Part shown: positions 1-11,884 of the stretch, piece after piece
Position numbering within the stretch: the stretch's first letter is position 1
How the letters are laid out: each line of letters opens with the position of its first letter
From: Saccostrea echinata
Taxonomy: Eukaryota
DNA: 64,000 nt
NCBI RefSeq assembly: GCF_033153115.1
Contig: NW_026889757.1
Coordinates: forward strand, 8,370,001-8,434,000
Direction: 5' to 3'
Translations under genes and position numbers: made by a program
Notes under the pieces: model-generated
Told to the model about the DNA's origin: nothing
Database searches by the model: none
Seen by the model: the letters and a program-made list of their open reading frames with translations, nothing else

Positions 1-413
1 CTCGATTTCAAGTTGCTTTTCTTTTGACTTTTACTGATAATTTTAATAATGATTAAAACTCAAAATTCCCCACTTTTTGTAGATCTTTAAGCAATATTTT
101 GGAGGATTTTTTTTTTTAGAAAAAACCTGTGACTGTTAGTTTTTTATGCATTCAGTTCCGCTTTAATCAAGATAAAAAATTGATTTAAATTAAACCATTA
201 ACTATTAAGGAGCCATTTTTCACTATGAGTCATCAATTACTAGTAGCTAGATCTAAAATTTTATATATAAGAATTGAAGTGTATTCCGCACTTATTTTGA
301 ATTTAAAAACACAAGTGCTCCAAGCCTTAATGCTTAATTCTGAGTGTATCTTTGATTGTTTTAAAATTGCATTTGCAGAAAGTAAACTGTAAAAAAAAAA
401 TCCATGCAATTAC

Positions 414-732
414 CAGAAAATTCACATTTTCTTCCAAACCACCCAGATTCGCATTTACAATGTACCAATCGTGAATCATCACCCCGGACGCAGAGGCCTT
501 TCCCATGGCAGTATTGTCTGTCTCTGTCACACTCACCTGAGGAAAAAAACAAGTCCTTATCTTAATTTGAATAATCTTCTTCAAAATCTTCATTTGATAT
601 TTTTGAATAATTTTTTTTTAATAAATACTGAATTTTAATACATGTATAATATGCATAGGATGACATACCACAGCCTTCATATGAAGACACCGGAATAGTG
701 AACAAAATCAGAAGGCAAGCTACTAGTCGCAT
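414..732 (-). CDS. 5' part of a secreted EGF-like domain protein (continues beyond the left edge of the window)
   Basis: Exon 732-669 MRLVACLLILFTIPVSSYEGC (signal peptide, phase-1 donor GTATGT). Exon 536-414 (TCAG acceptor, GTAATT donor, 123 nt, phase 1-1) GECDRDRQYCHGKGLCVRGDDSRLVHCKCESGWFGRKCEFS is a 6-Cys EGF module. Confidence 0.8.
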
Positions 733-1303
733 CTCTCGGGAGGAGGTTTTCTATCTAAAATGAATATAAAAAGTGATAAATCACATATAAAGGAGTTCAT
801 ATAAATACGTTTTTATTGAACTATTCGTCAGATTATAATGAAATATCATTCTAACAAAGTAGTTTTATTGATTTTATTAATATATATAATTATAAATTAT
901 ATGCATTTGAAAGAACGGAACGATATTATCAGTAATAATATTGCACTGCTTTTAAGCCACTTAAGTAAAAAGCTTAGATAAAAACTTGAAAAGATGCGAT
1001 TGCTTGAATATGTGACTGAGTAAATTAACTTATCTTCTCTAAGAGATGAAAAATTTCACACAGATGAACATTTAGCAAGTTTGATACATGTACCTAATTG
1101 ATCTATAAGGTCCTTTTTACATATCAATAGTTATTACAACAAGAGGTCGCAGGTATTTGTTGACGTCCTTCCCTTAAGTAATTGCATTTTTTCAAGTTCT
1201 TGAAATAATAAAAATGTGCACTTTTTTTATTTTTATTATTGTATTAAAACAATATGGTCACATGGCATTTGAAATATTAGTGTTAGTTACATATGATAAA
1301 TCT

Positions 1304-1343
<40 letters not shown>

Positions 1344-1631
1344 AAAGATTGTTGTATTTCTTATATTCAGAAGTTTATTAGCAATGGAAATAAGCTGTGA
1401 TTGCAGAATTGATAGATAGAACCAAATGTGCGACTTTTCTATACCTAAACAACCTTTGCATAGACAACTGCTCTTCAATAAAAATGGAACTCTGAAGTTT
1501 TCATATCATGTGATTGGTCATCACAACAAAATTACTTTGATTTTACACATAAGTACTCTGAAGTTGATATTAAAAGGATGCTGGATTTCCGCATTGACAA
1601 CATTTATGAAGTTTATTGCAACAAATATTTC

Positions 1632-2470
1632 GAATTTCCATCGGCACTTATTGTGCTCCTTTATTAGCTGACCTGTTTTTATGTTCCTGTGAAGCAGAAT
1701 TTATTCAAAATCTTCTACATGACAAGAAGAAAACATTGGTTGTGGCCTTCGACTCGACGACATTCAGATATATTGATGGCCTTTTATAAATCAACAATAG
1801 TTACTGCCATTTATATGCTGAATCGATATATCTCAGTGAACTCGAAATAAAAGACACCAAAGAGTCCGCCACATTTGTTTCATAATTGGATGTTTTACTG
1901 ACTATAGACAATAAAGACCAATTAAAAACTAAACTGTATGGCAAAAAGACCAGATTTACGTTGTCAACTTTCCTTATTTTTGCAGTAATATTCTGTTAAT
2001 CACCTGCAAATGGTAATAATGTCTCCCAACTTATTCGATACTTAAGACCATGCTCTGAGTACGATCAATTTTTAACTACTGATTTTCAAGCTACTGACAG
2101 ATATGTTGTTATCGGGTTTTCAACAACCGCGTTTAAAGTCAGTGTTTCGTAAATTCTTTTGTCGTTATAATGACCTTGTTAGCAAATATTACCTATTTTT
2201 GGGCTGTATTTTGGTTGGTGTTTTTCATGCCAAATTTTAGACCTTTGTTTTTATACTAAATTTGACTATGGAATATTCCATCTACATGATCAATACTTAG
2301 GGCTCTATTCGGATGTGACCAGTCGACAGAGGATGCTTGCTCCTCCTAGGCATCTGATCCGCACTCTAGAATTTTCGGGGGTTCGTGTTTTATTCCCCGT
2401 TCAGATATTTGTATTGTTTATAGATTTTTTTGAGATCGATCACTGATCGTTATCTTCTACTTTTTCATCA
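1632..2470 (+). mobile_element. Penelope-like retroelement 3' remnant (degenerate RT C-terminus plus 3' end)
   Basis: Frameshifted translation gives CAPLLADLF, STTFRYID and ELEIKDT. Ends with the family motif GGATGCTTGCTCCTCCTAGGCATCTGATCC...GAGATCGATCACTG seen in other copies in the window. Confidence 0.75.
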
Positions 2471-2693
2471 TTTTAAATCTCCTAACGCTTTATACAAAAA
2501 AGTCATGTTTGATCTTCAAATTCTCCTAACGTTCAGTGATTTTTTTTTTTTTCAGTTTTTATTGTTTATGCCCCAAAAATTAATGTTTGCCTCGAAATTA
2601 TTGGGCAAACTGTCCTGCAAACACAGAGTCAAACGTGTTACATGTGGAGGAGAATTAATGGTGCATGTGCAAAAATTTGTCATAAGCAATCTA

Positions 2694-3482
2694 TTGGAAT
2701 TCTGATTAGCACGAACTGAACTTTTTAAGCCGACCTGTTTTTGTATTCTTGTGCAATACAGCAGATTTTATTCAAAAACTTCTGTGTGAGAAGAAGACTC
2801 TTGCAGTGGCTTTCAATTAAACATTTTGATATATCAACGACGCACTTTTTATCAATTAACAATAACTATCTTCATTCATTTGTCAACTCAATATATTCCA
2901 GTTAAACTCGACATGAAAGACAACAGAATCTGCAGCATCTGCTTCGACTAAAGATGTTAATGGATGACTTACAACTAAAGTATATGACAAACGGGATGAC
3001 TTCAGCTTTTTCATCGTCATATGCATGTTTCCCTATTTATTTTCAATATTCCACCATGACCTGCATAAGGTTTTTATGTTTCCAAACTGATTTGATAGCA
3101 TGTCCTGTCCTCAATTTCAAAACGGGACAGAGTGCAAAAAAATAAGTTGATGTAATTGGTTTTTAAAGTCAGCATTTCGCATATTCTACGGTCGTTATAT
3201 TGACCTCTTTGCGAATACAAAATATCGTTGGGTAGTATTTTGACCGATATATATTTCCTACCAATTGTCAGGTCATTCTTTCATACAAATTTGAACACAG
3301 AATACTCCGTTTATCTGATCAATACAGAGAACCAATAGTGGTTGTGAACTGTTCACAGGGGATGCCTACTCCTCCCCCGATCCTAAGTCTGGGATTTCAG
3401 GGGGTCTGGGTTTTCTGCCCTGTTTACAATTCTGTTCTTTACTTGCTTTATGAGTTTAATCGCTGTTCTATATTTTCACATT
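2694..3482 (+). mobile_element. Second Penelope-like 3' remnant, head-to-tail with the first
   Basis: Homologous to 1632-2470; contains TATGACAAACGGGATGACTTCAGC (YDKRDDFS) and the same 3' motif. Confidence 0.75.
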
Positions 3483-4885
3483 TTTGTCATTTTAGGGGCA
3501 CAGTGCATCAATCAGTTATCCAGATATAAGGGCTCAACACATGACTTTATTTAGAAAAAGATAGTGTTCATTTGTCAGATTCTTTGAGGAATGTATTGGA
3601 TCATTTCATTTGTGGTAATTTTGTTTCACCAACTTTTTCTTTAAAAATGACTGGCATTTAGAAGTTTTGTGTATGTGCAAGTTGCAGCTTTGTTTATTCA
3701 AATGCAATTTGCATTTCTTAATTTACAATGTCATAGAGCGCGATTTGCGTTTTGTTTTATTATTTAGGTTTTTACTGCAATTTGTACCAATTTTTTGTGT
3801 GGATAATTGGTGCTTTTGATTTTTATCTTGGAGTGCAAAATCCCGCTTCAATTTTTAGAGTGTGACGGATGGGTCCTGTGACTCTGTCTCTTACACATTT
3901 AGTATAATTTTGCGTGGAATGCTGTCCCAGTTTAGTGTTTTTGCAGGTCAACAATTCACTGTATTTACAGATTCCTTGGTTTAAGACTGTAGATAGAACC
4001 ACTCCAAAAATATTTAAGATTTACTATTTATTTGTTTGTATTTAGAAACATCTTGTAATTTTGTAATAGGGTCCTCTGATCAACTTTGTATCTGTTGTTA
4101 TTAGAAATAACTAAATACAGCTTGAGTACACTTTATATATAACATTTACGAAGATTATGCAATATGTTCTTGCAAACATAAAAACATAAATAAACATGAA
4201 GTTCGATATTTTTTTTATTTGGCAGTACATGTAATTTTGTGTTTTTAGTGAAAGATATAAAAAAAAATCAATTTTGTGGAGACAAATCACCATTTTGAAG
4301 AAAAAAAATCTTATAATTATTTATATTCAGGTAAAATATCTACACTTATTTGTTCATTATCGAAAATCATGAAAAGCTCAGTATATGAATTATTTTCCCC
4401 TTCATTGCATTTTACATGAAATATTTCATCAAAGGATATATGAATTTAAAACGCATATATCATAGCCACTGTTTGAGATTTGAAAAGAAAAAAGATATAA
4501 TAATAAGTGCATCATATTATTTATCATTAGAAATTGGAAATATTTTGTTTTATATGTATCTTTGTTTTTTAAACGATTTTTAAAAATAAAAACACGACAA
4601 TGAAAAGAAACCATTCCAAAATACACGGTTTAATGAAACAACAAGCAAGTATTGTGTTCTCCTATTCGGTGCAGGTCGTAAGTTTAAATACAGAATTTGT
4701 GATTTTAAAAATTCTTATGAATTTATTTGATAAAAATAATAAATAATAAAAATATTGGTTGTAAAAATACTGTGATGTGTCATCAGTTGAGTCAGTTTTC
4801 GATTTTATGAAGAATAATACAGTAACCATGCAATAGTTTTTGTTTTATTATTCTCTGTCACAAAGTCAAAAAAATTACAAAATAA

Positions 4886-7728
4886 TCATCCTTGACCACA
4901 ACCTCCGGCATTCTTTTGAATTACGACACCCTGCAAAACAATTTCGGTGATATCTGCGTAATGATGATGTTTTGGTACCTCTCCGCATTCTCTAGACTCA
5001 CATTTTACGATTATGGACACCTGAAGTGAAAAAGTGAACAATTTAAAAGAAATGAGTTAAAAGAGATTCATAAAGAAGGTTGCCAATCACTGATTATAAA
5101 CATGTAAATGAAAAAGTTTTGAAAAATGATTAGCAAAATATTTTGTGTAACGAATATGTGTATTTTGTCATCCTTGCCATTTCCTCTAATCATATACAGC
5201 CGTAGTTCTCTTTCAATAGTCTTAATGATTCACTTGATATGTTTAGGGATATTTTTCATTAACTCCTTCAAATTTTCATCAAAAGAAATGCACTAAAGAT
5301 GTATCTGACTATATTCCTGAGATTCGTCCATCATATGTATGAGAAAATCTACTCACCGAAAAAAACCGCGATGGTTTGTGGTCAAGGAGAATACACTGCT
5401 CAGCGGAGACATAGTTTGACTTGAAGTCAGAGCGGCGAAGTTCCTTTACAATTTTTTTACCCCCTGCATAAGGATAGTCCACAACAATCAGGATCTTGTC
5501 TGCTCCAGTTGCATGTTTTGGGTTGTGGAACCTGACCCTCAAGTTCAGGATGTAACTGGACTTCCCTTAGAATTTTGTAAGAATCGATATAGCGAATTAC
5601 AGAAATAAGTAAAAAATGTGTGCATTTCAGTTTAGAACATACTGTTGATCTAACTAAGCAACTCAATGCATAACAGCATTAATAAAAAAAATCGTAACTA
5701 TTTAAACGTTAACTAATTGCTTGAAATTTAATCAATGAGAAGAATATGAAATTTCAAGTAGAATACTATTTCTTCATTTCCGTCCTTCAGTATAGGCGTT
5801 CTTGATCGAAATTTAAACCGAAACGAGGTTTTAAAAACTAAAGATTTCAGCAAAACAATATGTACCCCAAAGAATGTGGCCAGTAGAAAGGACTGCAGTG
5901 CCGCCCTTCGTCAGTACTGGTATTAGTTGATTTAAGGAGTTATGAACATACTGGAAATAGTCAAATAGACAAGATTATCATCAACATCACCATCAGAAAA
6001 TACAAATCCATTCTTTCTCCTTCAAAAAAGTAACATTTATCTTTATCAAACACTTAAGTTTAGAGCGTTAATATTTCATACTCTATCCTAACAATATCTT
6101 TTTAAAATAACTCTTTGAAAAGAGTTATATGTTAATAAATATTCAACTGTTATTTTAATATCTCATTTTTGATGATATATATATAAACCTTTGAGCAATT
6201 AATTTATGATGAGGTAAACTTAAATGTTAATAATATCTTTGGACTTACGTTTGGTCTAAGTTTCCATATGCCTTGCTTTTTACCAGCATCAAAGGACTTT
6301 TGAAAAAGACAAAGATAGGTCTCGCAGGTGTAATCTGAATGTTAGTAAAGTACCAAAAGTAAATATAGACGTATATATTTTTATATATTTATTATAACAA
6401 TACAAAATGAAACTAAATATACCAAGTCCTTGGTCCTTGTACATATGTAATTATGAAAGTTATACACGAAATTTCCCTCTTTTCTTTTACTTTTAGCACT
6501 GTCATAAATTTTGTATACAATCGTAGATTGTTAGGAATGAAATACACAGTATTTAGAAAAACTGCTCCATAATACACCCTAAACGATAAATGTACAATAA
6601 TAAAATCTTTTCAATGATTTTAAATTCTCTCCATCAAATATTTACACTCAATTATGTGAACGATGAAAGTAATTAATCTAATATTTGCAAATTTTATCAA
6701 AGAAAGTACATCTTATTTTGAAACACTATCCGCTTATATATTTTTTTCCAAGTTCTACATTAAAGATCATTCAATATTTATCCGATATTGTAATTTATTT
6801 TTTTGATACATACACGAACATTTTTTATGTAAACGTTTTCCTTTAATTATTTAAAGAGTTTGTGTTAGAGAATTTTTAAGCCTTTTTACGATTTTCATAA
6901 TAATTGTCATGAAAACCTTTATTACAATATCTGAGTGTGAAGTCAAACAAAATTTAGTACAAAGAGATAGCAATCACAGAGGAAACTGAACTCAATGGTG
7001 GTGTGAGTCGTAAAACATATTTATCAAAAGTTTTCTTAGGTTTGTTAAAAAAGGTACAAAATTACCTGCTAATTTTATTCCACATGTGAATCCTATAAAA
7101 TGATCTGCACAATGACAAACTGGATAGTTTTCGTACGCTTTGCAAGTTCCATAGTTTTGACATTTAATCCCGGTGCAAGGTGCTGAAATGAAGAAATATA
7201 CTTTAAAATTTTCAAATATATGTATCTTTTTATTTTTAGAATTTTGATAACTTCTTATATTAAGTTTAATTAGAAACTGAGTTTCCATTTTTATATTTGA
7301 TTACTTATGATTTAACTTGGACAAAGAGAAGAATGAGTATGGCATAGGACTAATTAAGAAAACTACATGCATTTTAAAATATATGCCTAATAATAATTAA
7401 AAGAAATTTTGCATGTAAATTTAAATTTTGCATTAAAATTTTTAATGAATACAGACTTAAAATACTTACAACACGTATCACGGTTCTAAAAATAGATACA
7501 AAAATAAAACAATAAATCAATCATGGGTAAACAAACAGGATTTTTATTTCCATAAAGGTAATGATTATTATTTAATTTTTTCATTGAGCTTAAGTCTTTC
7601 TATCCTGTCGGCAAAGCTCAGTATAAACCTACCCTGGCGACCAAGTTCAAACTATCTCCATTTAAAATACTTGCTGAACAAAATCGAACTGCGACTAGTA
7701 GCACAAGACCTGCGCTGTAACTTATCAT
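4886..7728 (-). CDS. Secreted protein, 243 aa: signal peptide + one EGF-like domain + divergent MAM-like beta-rich domain
   Basis: Six phase-compatible exons: 7728-7629, 7182-7066 (EGF: PCTGIKCQNYGTCKAYENYPVCHCADHFIGFTCG), 6334-6249, 5950-5866, 5565-5357, 5020-4886 (ends ...YADITEIVLQGVVIQKNAGGCGQG*). Total 732 nt, all introns GT-AG, no internal stop. The MAM assignment is inference. Confidence 0.82.
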
Positions 7729-8019
7729 GTTTCGATGATTAAGCTTGAAAAAGAAATAAATTGTAACAGACCATTTGATCGCTATATAAGTAAAACCTGA
7801 GAGCACGTCATAAGTTTAATTGATAATATATTATGATTGGATATATCATGTGGGTTTAAAATCAATTACAGAATTATAATTCATGAGATATTTTAAAAGC
7901 ATATGCATTAGATAAATATGATAAAATATATTGATTTTCTAAGTAATTTTTTATTACTTTGAGGAAATTCAAAATAGACTGTTTTTATATGCACATTTTT
8001 ATTATTTCAACTTTAATTT

Positions 8020-9068
8020 ATTTGGTTCATATTTTGACTGACATATTTCATACCAATTTTAAAGGTGCTTGGACACAGATTTGAAGTTAATATTTTCTCA
8101 AATTTTCTGTATAATTTCATGACTTGTATGTTGCTATTGCATTTCATACTAAAATATAATAAAATGCTTATTTCACCTCGAAGTTATTAAAACTTCGAAT
8201 TTCTGGACGCGTTGGATTGACACATCCTTGCGCTTTCACATATTTTAATTTTATTCTTAATACTTAAGAAAAGTGGCAATTTTGTTGTGTATTAATGGAA
8301 AATATTAAAACTATAACCCAGAAAATTCAGAGTAGAAATGTTCGAAAGCAAAACCCACTCACAGTATTGTAAGTCCGTGCTCAGTGGTGTGTGCAGAGTT
8401 TAACAATTGAACACACCCGGTGAATCGTAAACTTTAACAATAATAGAGCTCGTGCCCTGTGTACAAAAACTGTTTACGTTTCACGGGTGTGTTCAATTTA
8501 TTAAACTGTGTACACATCAGAGCACAGACTGACAATACTGTTGAGCTGGTTTTGCTTTCGAACATTTCTACTCTGAATTTTCTGGATTATAGATGTAATA
8601 TTTTTCATAAATACATAACAAAATCGCATCTTTTCTTAAATATTAAGGATGAAGTTAAAATTTGTGTAAGTGCAAAGATGTATTAACCAAACGCGTTCCG
8701 GAATTCGTAGTTCAAATAATTTTCAGATAAAATAAGTTTTTAATTATATTTTCGTGTGAAATGCTATTGCAATATATAAGTCGTGATATTATACAGAAAA
8801 TTTGAGAAAAATATTAAGTTCAAATCTGTGTCTAAGCACCTTTAAAGCCTTTGTTTTAATACTAAATTTAATTTGATTACGGAATATTCCGTCTACCTGA
8901 TAAATGCAAGGGGCTCACGTTAGGTGTGACTGAATGACAAGGGATGCGTACGCCTTCTAGACACCTGATCCCACCTCTGGAATTTCAAGGGGTCCGTATT
9001 TAATGCCCTGTTTTATTTTGTTTGTAATTTTTTGAGATCGATCACTGTTCGATATCTTTACCTATTTT
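8020..9068 (+). mobile_element. Penelope-like 3'-end fragment interrupted by the TTAA MITE
   Basis: 8020-8062 and 8842-9068 join into the family 3' sequence (...TTTCATACCAATTTTAA/AGCCTTTG...GGGCTCACG...CACCTGATCCCACCTCTGG...GAGATCGATCACTGTTCG). Confidence 0.7.
8063..8841. mobile_element. Foldback MITE with TTAA target-site duplication (Kolobok-type ends AGG...CCT)
   Basis: TTAA|AGGTGCTTGGACACAGATTTGAA ... TTCAAATCTGTGTCTAAGCACCT|TTAA. Arms stay imperfectly complementary for ~370 bp around a ~40-nt spacer. Confidence 0.85.
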
Positions 9069-9260
9069 ATTAGATCGACCTTTACCAAATTCTTAAGTCA
9101 CCTCCTTTTATTGAAACATATGTCCTCCATTTACTAGTTGTCTTCTGACAACTTTTCATACTTAAGATTTGTTTACACAACGACTTGACCAATTTGAACA
9201 AAACTTGACCCAAGCATCTTCATGTTAATGTGTGTCAAATTTGTCGAAATGCAAGGGTAC

Positions 9261-9296
<36 letters not shown>

Positions 9297-10640
9297 GTGT
9301 AAGTTTACGTTATTAAGCATGTTCAGGTATGATAATAAAACTCTGTACAAAAGCAACTTGATTACATTATTTCATACCAAAAATATAGGAATGTGGCAGA
9401 GTTTTCAAAAGAGGGAGGATACATAAAAAGACATTTTTTTTACATCTTATCTGTGATTTTTTTATTCCGAAAAGTGAACTGCTCCCTTGCACAACAGCTC
9501 TGAAACAATATTACATGCATATTATTTTTATCGTACTTTTCGAAACAAAATTTAGCACATGGAAATGTTTAAAACAACATAGGAGCGCAAAATAATGCAA
9601 TGAATAAGGAAAGATCACCTTTTTCTTCCACTTATACGAGTTAATTGTCTATAATTATGAATTACATGGTAAAGCTCCACTCGGTAAATGAAGCATAACA
9701 CAAATAAAGATATGCTTTGAAGCAGCTTTTCAGCTTTAACACGATTGTGATAATTAACAAAAGTAATTGTGTACAATAGTAATTTTACACGCAGTAGCAA
9801 AATTTCTGATACAATGATGCAGATTAAGAATACATTTGCAAAGTAAAATAAAAAAAATTCCTTCAAAAGGAATTAGCTACCACACTACAAAAAAGCAACT
9901 TTTGAAATCAACAACTCCATCTTCATATAATTATTATAACTTTGTTCAAATCACAATACGTACATTTCGTGTGTTATGATTTTTCTATTTTGGTCGATAG
10001 ATAAATATACACGTGAGAAAAAACGACCTTGCATATTTAATTAACTATGTCGTATTTATTATCTTCGATTCTTAAGAATGTTCTCTTTTATAAAAATTAG
10101 TGATGTCTATAGCAGATGATAATGTTCTTGTGTCACTTTGAACATAAACTGTTATTAAGGTCTAATTTATCTGACATGCATTACACACTTTCGGAAATAT
10201 TTTACTGCACTTATGATAAACAATGAATAGCAAAATATGCTATCAAGAAAATTTTTATTTTAGTGATTATAAAGTATTATTTAATTTTGTATAGATTTTT
10301 TATTCCTTTAATATAATCATCAAATTAATCATTTTTATGTTTTTTTGAAAGAAAATATACAATTTGGAGCTTTCAAATTCCCTGAAGTGGTCATGAAATT
10401 ACCATCATTCGAGCTCATACATTTATAGAATGTTTATATTTTAATTCTGAGACTGCTCTTTTTGATTGTAAGGTTTTATAATTTTCCTCTTCATCAAGTC
10501 ATTTCATAAATCTACATTAGCGGTTTTCCTCAATCTTTATCTTGGATAAGTGCTTTCTATATAGACTGATATGACAGTTTTAAAATCTTTATCTTAGGTT
10601 AAGTGGTTTTATATAAATTGACACAAGGATGTTCAGTTTT

Positions 10641-10813
10641 NNNNNNNNNNNNNNNNNNNNNNNNNNNNNNNNNNNNNNNNNNNNNNNNNNNNNNNNNNNN
10701 NNNNNNNNNNNNNNNNNNNNNNNNNNNNNNNNNNNNNNNNNNNNNNNNNNNNNNNNNNNNNNNNNNNNNNNNNNNNNNNNNNNNNNNNNNNNNNNNNNNN
10801 NNNNNNNNNNNNN
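10641..10813. other. Assembly gap
   Basis: Run of N. Confidence 1.
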
Positions 10814-10814
10814 T

Positions 10815-10930
10815 ATCTACAAGCAATACAAATCTGTGAACAGGGCATAAAACATGGACCCCTAGGAATTCAAGTTGGGATCAGGTGCCTGGAAGGAGTA
10901 AGCATCCCCTGTCGACTAGTCATACCATTA
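10815..10930 (-). mobile_element. Penelope-like 3'-end fragment
   Basis: GGGATCAGGTGCCTGGAAGGAGTAAGCATCCCCTGTCGACTAGTCATACC is the reverse complement of the family 3' motif. Confidence 0.7.
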
Positions 10931-11304
10931 TAACACAAAAGCTGGCAACCCAAATTCAATGAAACCAGCATAAAGAACTATTTTTGAACTCAAATATGTT
11001 ACTTTTATGATTATCACATATTTTATTCAATTGGATTTTCTTTCATAAAATAAAATACTTACTAAATATTGAAGAAAAACCTCCTATCAAGTTTTTGAAC
11101 TTGTTGGCACAGTAAGAGTCCAAAGAATGGACAACAGAAACTTCTAAATAAATGAAGTTTGGCATTCGGTTAGATGGACACATGGAGAGGTCAACAGAAC
11201 GTTCCATACAAACAGGAGCCCACTTTTGTATTAATGAAAAACACAAGTTATTAAAGATCGACAGATAAATATAGGTTCCCTAGCAAGTGCTTGTTAGTAA
11301 CATG

Positions 11305-11415
11305 TTTATCTCAAACTCCCGTTCCTCGATCATTTTCTCTAATTTTTAAGAGACACGAGGCTTGCCTCGTGTCTCTAGAAATAATAAAAATTTCGGAACG
11401 AGAGTTTGAGAAAAC
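11305..11415. repeat. Long palindrome (probable non-autonomous element core)
   Basis: AGAGACACGAGG-CTTG-CCTCGTGTCTCT perfect 12-bp stem, extended by CTCAAACTCCCGTTCC / GGAACGAGAGTTTGAG. Confidence 0.6.
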
Positions 11416-11884
11416 CGGTTTCTAATGAGCACTGATTATGGAACCTTTTTCTCCCATTATACTTGTGTTGTCTTGGTGAATTATACATGGCACTGAAGAA
11501 GTTGGCTTTCTCATTAAAATACATTATTCCTCGATGATCTTTAAATATGGAAATATACAAGGAAAAAGTTCAAAGAGTATTTAAAAAAATGTTTTCAAAC
11601 AACCTGCATATTATGCCATAATAGGCATGTACATGGAGAAGTAGTCCCTAGCAGCTAATCAGAATTGTCTTTGGTGTCATAACGATATGAACACATAAAC
11701 ATAACAACTTTGCTTGAGTGATGAGAGGCGGTTGATAATGGGAGAGTTATGTTTTTTGTGAATAGCTACCAGTATTTGTTCAATGTTCCATTATTTTTTA
11801 AGAAAGAAAATCAACACGGAAACCATTCTTTTATTTATTTATTTCATTGGGTTAATCGGAATATAAAAAAATCATCCAAAATAT

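Noticed and set aside
3555-3730. L1/Tx1 3' zinc-finger remnant
   Set aside because: Only a faint CSF..E.I.H.F-like echo; too decayed to support.
4800-4890. Selenocysteine or read-through at the TGA after GGCGQG
   Set aside because: Downstream sequence is AT-rich and UTR-like with AATAAA; no SECIS recognised.
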